A stretch of DNA of 64,000 bases from Octopus vulgaris (taxonomy: Eukaryota). Of this stretch, positions 39,881 through 53,923 are shown piece by piece; the stretch's first letter is position 1; each line of letters starts with the position of its first letter. Below the pieces are notes generated by a model. The model was not told where the DNA came from and did not search any database. It saw only the letters and a list, made by a program, of their open reading frames with translations. The stretch is taken from NCBI GenBank assembly GCA_951406725.2, contig OX597814.1, positions 137,454,001 to 137,518,000 of the forward strand, in the 5' to 3' direction. Made by a program: the position numbers and the translations under genes.

Positions 39881-40734
39881 ACATTGTCTAGAGTTGTAAT
39901 CCTTGCTAAGTAGATTTGATGAAGCCCTAAGTAAAGAAATCTTAAGGAGTCAGATCTGGCATCCTAGTTGGCCAATGATTTGAAAACTTATGCAGATTAT
40001 CTCATAATTGTTGCTTCTCTATTTATAGGTGTGATCTGCTTCTGCTATGTCCAATCTTTCTGCTGTACATGCTGTTTTTGACTGTGTGGTTATGGAAGTA
40101 TCTAGACATTATCAGTTACTTTGGTCAGTTACAAAGTAACTTGCATGAGTTACTGCCTTTTAGAATTTCCTCAATCCAATATTTTTTAAAAAGAATATAT
40201 CATTATATGTAGTATATTCATATTATGTATGGATTAATATGTCATTCAGCATATTTTAGGAATGATGTGTCTGCATTGAAATTGTATTTTATGTAACTGC
40301 TAATAAATGCTTGTTCTTCTGTTGTCTGATGCGTTTTGTTCAAAAAGAAAATTGCAAGTTATAATTGATGGTGTCCTGCAAACTGACTGGTCTCCTTTAA
40401 ATTTGAGACCATAACTTCTCTTTTGATACCTTCAACTAATTTTTAAAAAGTCTGAAGTGTTCTAAGAGTGAAGTTAGTCTCTTCTATGAGTCCTATTTTG
40501 ATGTTGCACAACCTTTGGAACAGACACGTAATTGTGCCTTGGAGAGAGGCTTGATGTCTAAATAAATCTGCAACTGATTCAGCTACCATTGGTTTACCAG
40601 TATTCGACTTTCCTTGAAAAACTCCAAGATTAGTTTTTGGAAATTTTTTGGTTACTATACAGTAAATGCCATTAATGAATTTAAATTCTGGTATGTCTTG
40701 TGTTTCTATAATTTTCTGAAATATAATGGAACAT

Positions 40735-41000
40735 TAATGTTGTGGTTGTCAGCACTTGGTTGCAACCCTCTCTCTAGAATATTGATGTATTCCTTAGCAT
40801 TGGCAGCCTTGTTGCATCAATTAAGTTCACCGATGCCTGCAGATAATGCTTCCCACACCATGATTCTACCACAACCATGCTTAACAGTTGTCTGTAGGTT
40901 ATCTGGCCTGAATCATTCATTCGATCTTCAAAGACAATGTTCTGGTGCATCGCTACATAAAAAAACCTTGACTCATTCAAACCATTCTGAATTAAAGTGC
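40735..41000 (-). mobile_element. Tc1-like transposase remnant
   Basis: Minus strand reads TVKHGCGRIMVW...EYINILE, matching the Tc1 TVKHGGGSIMVW motif. Confidence 0.6.
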
Positions 41001-41842
41001 AATCTATCTTTGATCTTCTTCTTTGACAGCTAAAGCTTCTTTGCACATCTTTTTGAATGAGCCATTCAGAACACATAATATTTGAAATTTTACAACTGGC
41101 TTCTTTGACTCTGTACACAGTGGTATTTTGAACCAGCTTCCCATTCTATTATTGGTTTGACTCATGTGGTCATCCAATAAGGAATTTGTAGTCATGTGAG
41201 GTGCAGTTTCCAAAGCATCGTTAGTCTTTTATAGACATTATCTCAGTGAACGTTCTTGTTGCTACATTCATATTTGATGTTTTTATAGCATTTAGGAACT
41301 TTCTATTGAAAATGAATGTTAGCATGTCCTGTTGCTCTTGGTATGAACCCTGAATCTCCATAAATGTGTTTGATTCAGATGTATCATTATCCTTTTCAAT
41401 GCTCCTCATTGTAGGTTGGTTAATACCATCAACAGTATCACTGAGTATTTTCAGAATATTCATCCAATATGTTTCACTACAGTAGCTGCACTTGCAATTA
41501 ATCCCATAGCTCCACTATGTACAGTTTTGTTGATGAACTGTTCGTCTATGTCTCAAGTCCCATTAGACTCATTTTCATAAGCTTGGTCATGTTCTTTGGC
41601 TACTTAGTCAAGTCTCTTTTTTGGGACATAGAATCCTTTCTTATGCAAGTGTGTACTGTATCCTAAGAAGTCATATTTTGGCCAATGGTATTCTGTCATC
41701 ATCAGCATCTTTCTTTAACTTCTTCCTTGGTGGTGGCATGTACCCAACTGTACCTTTATTGCTTGTTTCTATTTATAGAATATATATCATAATTGTAATA
41801 TTCTTATTGCAATTTATGGCATTGGTTATCAAATATAGACAA

Positions 41843-43224
41843 CTAGCAGCGTTGCCCGGGTATGTAAGAAACTTTGTCGATAAGCAATGCGCTTTACCTT
41901 TTTACCCTTTTTTGTACTCATTGAACCGTTATTTTGTAAAATGAAGCCTAAAAGGCATTCAAGGCACCGTTCCCTTGCATGCATGAAAAAAATCTATGAT
42001 AGTCAAAGTGCATTTTCTGGTTTTGTTTAGCACACCCAACCCAGTTCTGCGGGATCAGTGTCGCGACAGGAATGCATGGGTTGGGAGTTTGACTGGCAGA
42101 GGTGATAAGGTTGTTCATGCCGGCCCTTTTGACCCCCCCCAACCCAATTTGGGTTCGGACCACAGCTAAGCCCCACCTAATCCAGTCTAGTGAAAGGGGG
42201 CTCGGGAGCCTCTAGTAGGCAACGACTAATCCCGATCTAGTCCTTTCCCTGTAGGGAACGAAGGCACATGTGTAGGTTGCAACGTCTTCTCTTCACTCCA
42301 ATACTTCTGTGTATACAACGTTCCTAGCTGTTCCTTTGGGCGAAAGCATGAAAACATCATTGCGCCTCCCAATGCATGAACAGCCCATGTAGAGTTGACT
42401 GTGGGTGAAGCACTGTTCGCCCAAATGTAACTTGCCGCTGCAGCAGCGATTAGCATAAGTATGCCAAGGTTATGTTGTCTGGTCATGTTTTGTCTCGTTG
42501 ACTGCTTGAAGTGGCTGTGTTGGGGGTAAAGTCTCGGAGGTAAGTTCTTCCTGGTAGGAATTGGTTCACCAAAACTTAGGTTAGTCTGGAGGTTTCAATG
42601 TAATCTTTGGTTTGTATGTGGGATACCTTGAAGATTAAGTCTGCGTCCCCTAGACCGTCTGTGGTTTGTGTTTAATACACAAATCGGTTTGCTATGTGTG
42701 CCACATATGATGTAATTAACCGATTTTTTTCCAGTAATAACGTATCCTATTGAAATAAAAAGGGTCATATAGCTCCTTGGAGCAGACATGATGCTCGCTG
42801 TGAATTTTTAAAAAAATTCTTGCCATTTGTTAAAGATATTGTTGAAAATATGTCATCTTGAATTTGAATGCGATTTCCCAAAATGGCATGATTTTATCGA
42901 TTTTTTTTCGATGGTAAGGTATTGCATGGAAAACTAACATTAGAATTAAGTTCCTTAGGGTAACATTAAGCTTCACCATGAGTTTGGTGAAAATCAACTG
43001 CAAGTTGCGAAAACTACAACGGAAAATGTGTTGCATATGATAAGCTTAGATTCTCGACCCCATGCCGAATTTATTGATTTTTTTTCAGAACTGGGGGAAC
43101 TTTTCAAAATTTTCGCTGCGTTAGTTTTGAATTATGTGTGTGTCAAGTTTCATCAGAATCGGTTGAACAGGGTACAACCTGACAGACACACAGACAGACA
43201 GACTGCCTTTTATATATGTAGAGA
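41843..43224 (-). mobile_element. Complete non-autonomous Helitron, same family as 10743
   Basis: Minus strand reads A|TCTCTACATATATAAAAGGCAG ... CCCGGGCAACGCTGCTAG|T: TC/CTAG termini, inserted between A and T, no TSD. Helicase tail at 42290-42430. Confidence 0.88.
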
Positions 43225-46200
43225 TGACCAAATCACCTGTCTGGTGTTACATCATCCCAGTTTTTCATATTTACGTTTGTTTATAACAAATATTTCCCCC
43301 ACCTTGCTGTATTTATTCTAACAGGCTAAATGTAGAGGTGTTGCAATACCATTATAATTGCACCAGCCTTTGATAATATTTTCTTACTGAAATTATTATG
43401 ACCAATGACACGTTAGTAACTAATTTATGGTGAGAATTGTATAGTGTAATTCTTGAGATCTTAATTGATGATTGTCTTTCACTACTGTTGTAATGAACAC
43501 AGGATACAGTGACTTTCCATATCACTGTATGGTATATGATATGGTTTCAGATATTTTTACCATTGTTTTCAGCAACAGCTGGTACAGTAACCAGTAGTTG
43601 TTGTAATGCTAGCTTGAGACTGCAGCAACATTTCTTCTCTGGTACTGTATATATTATGGCAAGTACTATAGGGAGATGTTTCCACACCTTACCTGCACTA
43701 ACAGTTTTGCCTCTCTGTTACAGTGTCTATTATCACTATTCTTGCACAGAGATATTTTCATGCCTTATACCAGCTTCTGATTGCAATAACATATTCACCG
43801 AGTTACTATGTTTATTATAACAGTCCCTATAGCACTAGAATGTAACAACTTTGCTTTCATGTTGCTGTATCAACTATGACAATCTCTAAATATACATGTT
43901 TTTTCACTATACTTCCACCAGCTACAAACATCTCCAAAGTGATGTTGTATCTATGACAAGCTTTATTACATGGAGTTGTTTTCTTACCTTATCCACACCA
44001 GCTTGAGATTATAGTAATATCTCTTCTGGTTCGGAGTCTATCATGACAAACCCTGTATAAAGATGTTTTCACACACTACACCAGCCAGAGATTGTAATAT
44101 TTCTTCTGTAATGCTGTATCAATTATCACACCTATTTTTTATATTATCTACAGACCTTAGTAATTTACAGTATATACTACAGTGCTGAGACCATTTTATG
44201 TGAAGGATCCCCTTCTGAAGGGAAAAGATATCCATTTTGGATAAGGACCCTATTTTTGTCAAAGATCTAAGATTTACACAGTGAAGAAATTGATGATATG
44301 GCTAATCTTAATTGTCATTAAATTTTTCATAATCTCTTTTGAACTGTTTGTAAATGAAACTGCTCTGATACTGCTTTGTTTTGTTGAAGCTGATTTACTG
44401 AGTTCTTGTCTACAGAGCATGTCATGACTCCTGATCTGATTTGGTGTATCTTCCTTTATGCGTATGCAACTGCTTCTGCCATAGTCATCATGACATGAGC
44501 TATGTAGGAGTGCTTTTTGCACCATACCTAGTGTCTGTATTTACATCAACTACAGACTGCAGTAACATCTCTACTGTTTTACTGTATCCATCATAACATG
44601 GATTGTGTAGAGGTATTAGCACTACACTTTGTGATTCTATACCAGCTACTGTTTTACAGTATCCATTATGACCTGCACTATGTAGAAGTATTTTAATACA
44701 ATACCCAGTATTTATACCTACACTGCTGCAGCAACTTCAAATTTTTCACAATATCTTTGTGATTTGGATCCTTCTAACCTAAAAACTTTGGAATTACTTT
44801 TGAATAAAACTGAAACCCCTTCGTACAAGTTGTTCATTGTACTATCAAATTCTGCATCAGAAATTTTTTCAGTATCAGGACCATATATTGGCTTTCAATT
44901 TAATGTCAAACAAACCAAGAAACTTTTGGCATAAATACATGAAATAGGCTCCAATCTTTTGATGGAGCTTTGACAAATTGCTTTCTTAGTCCAAGTTTAA
45001 TATGGTTCAGTTGTTGCAGTACTTTATCTGTATTCACTTTTTTCTGGGTTTTTTTCGGTTTGCTTATTCCTTCTAAATCCAATGTAAATTTTTAGCTCTG
45101 CTGTCTCAGTCACAAAGAAAACAAATTTTGTATACTGAGCTAAGAAATACTGAACTTCCTGGTCCTCACTTATGAACCAGTAGTGTTCATAATAATTTTC
45201 TGTGAAATGTAAAATTTTGGTGGGTTTTTTTTGGTAAATACTGTAATCCTCTGAATTTACTAAAGAAATATTGAAAAAAAATAAGAAGAAAATTTGTTTC
45301 TTTTAAATTTCAGGAAGGAAAAATACTTTCATTTTAGAAGTGTGCATTGTGATAAGTAAAAGAAATAGATAACTTAGAAGTAATTAATTAGAAACAGCAT
45401 TTAAAACCATATTAATTATAAGATATAAGGAATATATAAGAATCAGTAGAAATTTAGAAAAGTGGAATTTTCCTGACTGTTACTTCATTTTCTCACACCA
45501 TAGAAGTTTGAAAATATAGACCTGAAGCATATCTTTTTCATTTTTTTTCCACGTGATTCTATTAAGTTCAGTGTACTTTCTGTGAATTTCATCATCTAGA
45601 TCAATACTTTCTGATTATGTATAATAACTGAGTGTTCATAAATACTACCATTTATTTTATCAATGGTATTGTACATATGCCACCCTTCGAATATAATGTG
45701 TGTCTTTGAAAGAATATGGTTTAATTAAAGACAAGAGAAACGGTGTTGTTTGGTCATGAACTGCTTGTGCAAAACATCTGTCACTTGTGCATTCAATACC
45801 ACCAAATACTCTGTCCTGCATTGATTTTATATTTATTGTATTACCTCAGAGAAATGGCTCTTGGTTATTTCTACTATTATAATAGTTTCATTTTTCAAGT
45901 CCATACTATCCAATTTCTATTACATGGAAAAATACAAGCAAGAGAAATAATATTCTTAAGATTATAAACCTGGAAAAGTTCAGGACAAGTTATTACATCT
46001 GGTAAAGTACAGAACAAGAAAATTTTTACTTAAAATATTGCAGCTAAGGATAAAATTTCAAATAAAATATTTAGATTTAGAAAATATTAGCTTTTATTAA
46101 AACTAAAAAAATTATTACAAGTTATTACTTTTATTTGTTATTACTTGTTTCTTCTATTAAAAGTTAAAATTAACTCAAAATATTTTTTACACTTTAAAAA

Positions 46201-48202
46201 TTCATTTTTTAAAATTATTAATTAATAATTAGAAATTTGAAAATAGGTTATAAAAAATAATAGTAGTACATAATTAGTTATATATTAGTTATCTACCTAT
46301 AACAGCAAATTCAGTAAAATTTGCTTGAGTTATTGCCAAGTTTTCGTATTTTTAGTCTTGACTCAATGCCTATTTTTTACATAATGAATTTGCCTACCAT
46401 ATATACCATTCTACTTGTCCTGAACTTTTCCAAGTGTAATAAACTTGTCCTGTACTTTTCCAGGTTTATAATCTTGAGAATATTATTTCTCTTGCTCGAA
46501 TTTTTCCATGTTATCCATGTTTTTTCCAGGCTATGCTATTATGCTAATTAATAATTTAAGATTTTACCTTATTGAAAATTGAATAATAAATTTAATAAAT
46601 TTCTAAATATTATTTTAATTTTTTTCATTTTTATGATTAAATTATTATTATTATTGAATTAAAATAAAAAGTCTAATCTAAAAAAAATAATAATAAGATT
46701 AGTATTTGAATTTTACCATCTTGAAGGTTGCAGCATGGCTCACCAATCGGTTACAAACAAAAAGATCCCAAAACCATCAGTTACCAGGCTCACCTTAAGT
46801 AACCTAGATTTTGAGTTGGTGATAATAGCAATGACTGCTGCTGATCTAGATCTACCAATAATGATTCAATACAACAGTAATTATGAAAGCATATCAGATA
46901 CCTACATTCCCATAAAACAAAAATTGATATATGAAAGCCTCTTTAAATTAACTTCGATGTTAAATAATAAGTTTAGAATTTAATTACTTTATAATAATGC
47001 CTTTTCTGGACAGCCTTACTGTGTGCCTTCAGGTCTGTTCATAGAGACAGTCAAAAATGACTATTCTTTCCCCAATAAAATTAGATGTGTATATCTGAAG
47101 CATATTAACACATTAATGAACTAGCCTGATGAAATAATTAAAAAAAATGAAAGCAACTAAAAAGAAATCAGCAAAAGAAAAAAGCAGAAAGCAAGTAAGG
47201 CTGAAAGAGAAAATTAATAATAAAAGTTAAACTTATTTAAGTGCAATAGCATATTAAAAATTACTTTATTAATTAGATATTAAAGTTTAAAAAAAAGTTG
47301 TTGAATATAAGCACTTTTGACTAATGCCTTTTCTGAACAGCCTTACTACATGACTTCATTACTGCTCATACAGAAATGTCTATATTCTATCAAGTGAATT
47401 TGCAATTTTAGATAAAATAAAGTTATTTTTTATACAAATTTATTTTCTTGCAATTATTAATAAATTATATGCATTTTTATAAGCAAAAAAGTATTGATTA
47501 CATAACAAGGAACACCAACTACAATATAATCGTCTTGAATTTGCAACATTGCTCACCAAACAATAACAAATTGCAAGACCCTGAGTTAATGAAAATAATA
47601 ATTGTTGTTAATTGAAATGAAAAATACACGTTTGTGTTATGTAATAAATGTAATCTAATTAACAATGGTCAATGACATAACTTCATTGCTTATAAAATAT
47701 AATCACTTAAAATTGTACCTTTTCTGAATAGCCCTTCTTCATGATTCATAGAGACAGTCACAAGTGGCTATATTTTATTGAATAATTTATATTGTTTAAG
47801 ACAAAAATTAATATGAAGTTATTTATAAAACCTTCATTGGAAAGCTGAAAAATTGGATTATTAAAACAAACTTGTTTACTTTAAGATTGTAGTGTTAAGA
47901 ATCTCATTTTTTTTATTTTGAAATCTTTTTATTTAAAATTTAAAAAAATAATTTTTAAAGTTTCCAATAACATTTTTTTCACAAAATAATTTTAAAAATT
48001 TTCTATATTTTGAAAATATTTTTTTTGCAACATTTTTCTTAATAAAAATTATGTATTTAAAATTAAAACTTTTCATGTTAAATTTTGCAATAAAAAAATA
48101 ACTGTTATTACTACCTTTAAATTACATATAAATATTTGAGTTTTCATAAAATAAAAAATATATTCTTTTAGTAAAATTATTTTTTTATTTTAAGGTTTAA
48201 TA

Positions 48203-48732
48203 CTAGGTTGAGGAAAAAGTTTGTGCGCCGTGTTTAAATAATAAATTTTTATGCAAGAATTTATTCAAAAACAACTATTCTTCAAAATAAAGACCATCCT
48301 TTTCCATGACCTTCTGCCAATGATCTGCAAGCTTTTGGATTTGGTTAAAGTACCAATCCTTCGGCTTTGAACCGAAAAATTCTTGACAGGCTTCTTCAAC
48401 TTCATTGAATGAGTCAAATCGGTGACCTTTCATAAAGTGCTGCATTGATTGGAAGATACTGTACTTAGATGGAGCAATGTCTGGACTATAGGCTGGATGT
48501 AGCAGAACTTCCGCACCATCCAATTCTTCAATCTTGTTTCTGGTCTTTCTAGCAGTATATGGCTTTACTTTGTCTTGTTGAAACAAAGCGCATTTTTGAC
48601 GAACAAGTCATAGGTACTTTTTAACAGTGAGTCACCATTGGACATAACATGAACTGAATGAACACACATACCACAAAAATATATAAAAAAGCATTATTTT
48701 AATACGGTGCATGAACTTTTTCCTCAACCTAA
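48203..48732 (-). mobile_element. Internally deleted mariner
   Basis: TA-flanked TIRs ctaggttgaggaaaaagtt / aactttttcctcaacctaa. C-terminal FQQDK..HPAYSPDIAPS..DGLYFE. Confidence 0.88.
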
Positions 48733-48879
48733 TAATTTTCTTGCTTTCAAGTATTCATATTGTTTTAATTTTTTCTAAATAATAGATCTTCCACCAATTA
48801 TTCTTTTCAAATTTGCAGAAAAAAAAAACAAGCAAACACAGAAATGTGAGGGAAATTATTTTTAATACTGTTTATAGCT

Positions 48880-49995
48880 GCTTTCTCCAAGTCAACCAAT
48901 TTATTTTACACTCAAATTCATTTCTTTAATAAATTTAAATACCAAATCATAATTTGCTTCAGATTTACTGTTTGTTATGCAGTAAAGTAGAGGCGCTGTT
49001 TTACTTTCACAAATTAGTGCATGGATCGTGTATAACTGCTTACCTAAAGGAGCGCAGTCAAATGTTCCATCACAAAACCATAAAATTTCTAAATTTTTCA
49101 CAGTATCAAATATAGAAACCTCATCATTTGTATATAGTAAAAAAATTATCATCTCTTGATGTTTTAAACAATTCATCTTCATTAATAACTGGTCTTTCCC
49201 TTCGCACTGTACATTTAAAAGATTCCATTTTCGGTAAACATCCAGCAACGCTCAAGGGGATATTGGAAGCTACGGTTTCGACTATAGAGCTCAGCAATTG
49301 TTCAGCTCATCCAGCAAGAAGCTTTATTTCTTCCTTAACTTTTGCAGCGTGATTTTCTATCCGTGTAGGTGGATGTACATGTTCAGAATGAGTTGTGCTA
49401 ATTTTATCATTAATCGTTGTCAGTCTAGCACTGCACAGTTTACAATTTGCGCATGTCCAGTAAGTCTTTTCTTTTCTGGTTCTATCAATTATATAGGTGT
49501 ACCGTTGTTGAGAAGTTTTCTGCCTCATTCCGTTTTGATGAACTCCATGATCGATACTTCCGCATGCTGACTTATTGTCCAATTGGTGAATTGTCTGCAC
49601 ACGAAATAAATATTGAGTATTTCTTCTAAATCTTGGATCAGAGTGTTTTAATTTGTTTGTTATAAACATATAAGAGGGCACTTTTCCATACTGCAAGTGA
49701 TCCCAAATTTTCCTTTAGGAAACAAAATAGGGAAACACATTAAATCCAAATTTGGATTGTCATCTTTCAACAAATTTCCTTCAACTTTTTTCATCTTGAA
49801 AATTTCAATACCTTTTTCATTTGGTAAATTTGGATACATTTTTTGAACTGTATGATGCTTATAAATAGTATCAGCCTCTTGTTTGGACAAATAACAAATA
49901 GTCATCAGACTCAGTTGAGCTATTTTATCCAGTACATAAGACAATGTCATTGAGATCATTTGTTGTGTCAATTGCAATATCTTTGTAAATCTCAT
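48880..49995 (-). mobile_element. Chimaeric remnant: Helitron Rep-flanking fragment plus FLYWCH-MULE transposase
   Basis: DLMCFPILFPKGKFG / KLKHSDPRFRRNTQYLF, then TYWTC..CSARL..H.H (FLYWCH) and WFCDGTFDCAP..QLYTIHA (MULE DDE). Confidence 0.65.
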
Positions 49996-50189
49996 ATGTG
50001 TAGTTACATATATACATATACAAACAAAAGCAACAAAATCAGAAAGACAACTATGGCTAAAAATTCCTACAAATAATAGAGAAAAGAGTTAATAGGTAAA
50101 TGTATAATGAAATTAATATGTAATAATAATAATAGTAATAACTTGATAGTAATACTAATAAAAATTAAGTAATGAATATAATATATAAT

Positions 50190-50382
50190 AAAATAATGAT
50201 AATAATTTTGGCACAAGGCCAGCAATTTCAAGTTTTGGGGCTAAGTCGATTACATCAACCTCAATGCTCAACTGGTACTTATTTTATCGACCCTGAAAGG
50301 ATGAAAGGCAAAGTTGACCTCTGCAGAATTTGAACGCAAAGACATGAAATACTGCTAAGCATTGTGTCCAGCTTGTTGCCTT
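50190..50382 (-). mobile_element. SINE family B copy
   Basis: Reverse complement of the family B core (ccctgaaaggatgaaaggcaaagttgacc). Confidence 0.7.
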
Positions 50383-50992
50383 AATAATAGTCATAACTAG
50401 CAGTACCTGTGGAAATTCCACAGTAAATATGAAAATTTTTAGATGATTGGCAGTTTGTATAACACTATAAAAATTAGTGTTTCATTTGAAATTGTATATT
50501 CTGTATTATTTTCATTTAAAAAGAAAACCTTTCAGTTCTTCTAGATGAGTTTGTAATCGAGGGAGAATGACTTTCTCATTCTCTCAGCAATTAAGATGCT
50601 CATATATAAATTGAAGAGCTTCACAATGATTACAAAGAATATTCGTGTCACCAATGTTGTATCTTTCAACCATATATTTACAGTTTTTTTGACATTTTCT
50701 CATTTTCTATTCTATTTTGAACACATTCACTTACCTGTTGTATTCGCTTTGATTTGTATTTTTTCTTCTACTTTGCTACTCCCATACTTGTTCTAGAGAT
50801 TTGACCCTCTGCTTCTCTTTATATCATCGTTTATACCATCTCATTCTTTCTCTTCTTGACTTACATCCTCTGCCATCCCCATTTTATAAAGAAACATCAA
50901 TTTTCAAGCAAACAAACAATAAATAATTGCACTTACATAAAAAAAATTTAGTTCAATAAAGAAAAAACAACTATGCATTTCACTCACTCATC

Positions 50993-52330
50993 TCATGTTG
51001 CCATCTCTTCAAGTGAAGTCAGCACCCTTTCTGCCTCCACATGGGTGGTTGTTGTCACCACAAAATCATCCATGAAGCCCCTTATAGGATGTTGACAGTT
51101 GCCTAATTCCATTGTTGGTCCTTGGCCTTCATTATCAGCAGCTGTTATGAGGATATTCATTTCCATGTTGAAAAGGATGGGGAAATTGTGCAACCAGTTA
51201 TAATTCCTTTCTCCAGGTCTTCTCACTGAATTGTAAAGTGGGCTGTTTTAAAGCATAACTAGATGCCTCCAAAGTAGCTGATAATTATTCTCTTAATGTA
51301 CAGAGAAACATGGTAGTAATTGAGGGCTGCATATATGAGAGCATATATGCAATTGATCCATATGCATTTGCCAGACCACTGTCAACTTGACTTGCTTCTT
51401 TTGACCTCCCAGATCAACTGGCTGAGATCACTAGTAAAAAACCTGGAACCCCACCTTTCTGGATAGAGGTGTTTATGTGTCCATTCTTAGTCATGTATGA
51501 GGTCATCCTTTTGGCCAATACTGAAAAGAAAAATTTCCCTTAACACTCAGAAGGGAGATAGTCTTGAATTAGCTAGTGGCTGAGGAGTTTTCTTCCTTTG
51601 ACACAAAACATCCTTCTGCCTTCTTTCAGCATGGTGGAATGATCCCCTTTAGCCAGTTCTTTCAGAATAGCATCTAGCCTCCAAAACAGCTGTTGACATT
51701 TCTTGTATACTTTATAAGGTATACCACTTCAGCCAGGAGCTGATCCTGATTTGGCCTTCTTCACCACTTCTTTCTAGGACGGACAGTTGATATTGAACTC
51801 GTTTCCTAGTAATTCAGCTCTAGTGGCTTTTGAGTTGACATCAATGCCTTGGTTTCTGAGGTTGTCATTGTGGATCTCCCTCAGAAACACTTCTATATCT
51901 TCTCTGGAGTTGGTGAATTTCCCTGATTTGGCCTCAACCTACAGTATTCAGTTGAACCTAAAAAGATTCATAATAAACTGTGCTACTGGGTGCTTTTTGC
52001 CTTTCTAAGCTTGCTCAGACATTCACAGAACTGACTTGTCAAGTCCTTGAAGCCTTCCCTTTTGTTGGCAGGGACTCTTATACTGCTTATTGAGGGTCTT
52101 GATTTCTCCCCTCAGGTGGTGCATCTCTGTTTCTCTTCAGCTAGCTTCTCTTTTTGATTTTTGTGTTCCGGAGCAATCTTACACCAAACTGAATGCAATA
52201 ATTACAAGATCATTTACGTTTTGTTCAGCTGTTCCTGCTAGCATGCATTCCAACATTTTGTCATGGTCTTGGTCTAGTTGTTGCCATTCTTTCATTTCAT
52301 TTATCTTGGGCCATTTGATTCAATCTCTCA
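50993..52330 (-). mobile_element. Decayed RLE-type non-LTR retrotransposon (HERO/NeSL-like)
   Basis: KAKSGSAPG, GIPYKVYKKC, FKTISLL, SIQKGGVPGF, PIRGFMDDFVVTTT. Confidence 0.7.
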
Positions 52331-53923
52331 CTGGGCAAGATTAGTCCTCTCAGGTGGTTCACTCCTCCTAACAACATGAGGTGACTTAGGTACTGAGAGA
52401 ACACTCAAAGACTATCACAGTTTGGGGGAACTTGGTTTTCATGATGTCCATGTCACCTCTTACAGCCTTTACAGTGTCCACAGAACATTGAACAGCATTT
52501 TTGATATCCAGTATCAGTCATCATGACAGAGGTAATTCTTTTCCAATATTCAGATGGTTTCCAGCTCTGTATGTCATTTAACTTTTTTCTCAACTACAAC
52601 TTCCATCTTTATGCTTTCTAATGTTGCTGACAGTTCACCAATACATCAAGCTATTCCTGAATAAAGACAAAACAAATTATCAAAGCTAACTCAAATATCT
52701 AGTATGTCTGTATATAGGGGGAGGGCCTTTCCAACTATACAGACAAATAGTGGAATTAGGAGAATATTAGAGGTTATATGCTATGACTGAACTAGTAAGG
52801 ATACTCTTTGAGTCTGCATGTATAAAAAATAATGTCATCATCATTGTCATTTTTGCATCTACTTCTTTCCTGCAGACATGGTTTGGGCAAGATTTTCTGA
52901 AGCAGTTTTCTATAGCTGGATACCCTTCCTGATGCCATACCTTGATTTTACTCAAGTTGCGTGAAAGATGAATTTGTTTTGGTGAAAGACTAAATGTTCT
53001 GAAAATGAAACTATTCTTTGCTAAAGCAGAATAAATCCAAATTAATATAAAACAATCTTTGCAGATGTATAAGATGTAAAATGAATGACATGTTTAAATT
53101 AGGTCACACCCTCAAACTCCCACTTTATAGATGCATTAAGCATTTCAAATAAAGAAATATCAGCTATAATCTGTTATGTATGTATGTAAAAGTGGATTAG
53201 CATCAAATTTATATAAAACTACTTTCACAGTATATGTATCAGCTATATTATGAAATGTAAATGGATATAGTGTTTAGACTTGTTCCCATCCTTAATGTCC
53301 CAAGCATTTCAGATTAGCTATATATCATACACAATCTGTTTCCCAAAGTACTAAGTACTTCACTTTGTATCTGTAATTCTTGTTTTTATGGGTACAAACA
53401 CAGGTGTGTGTGTGTGTCTCTTCCTTTAAAAATATGGTCAGTCTCTGTGGAGAAATCTGATAAAATATTGGAATTACCATTTATCATCAAAGCCTTTGGC
53501 TCATGTCCATACCACTTTTCAGTTACCTCAAATCCATAGACTTAGCTAATATCCCAATGCAAACTTTTACTGACACAGTCATGCTTCATTTATACTCTTT
53601 TTGCACTAATTTGCTACATTCACTGATGAGATGGTTAATATCAGGCTTAGTAAAAAGTAAGCAATGTTTTGAAACATGAAATTCATCAGAATATATTTCA
53701 ACAATGCGGAAATTTTCTTCATGAAAGTATGTACCAAATGATGACATGCAAATGTGATAACAACTGTCCAGGAAGCTGGAAATCACAGGATGCAAAAGTC
53801 AAAGTGTTTGAGATGCAATGTTGGCTGCTGAGACATGCGCAGTGCCAAGACTTTGCCTGCAAGAGCAGTGAGTAACTTGCAGTGGAAAAAAAAGTGTTGT
53901 TAGTCAGCAAGAATGGTAGGTCA

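Noticed and set aside
53586-53795. FLDSCYHICM as a Copia protease motif
   Set aside because: Lacks DSG, and no other Copia domains are nearby.
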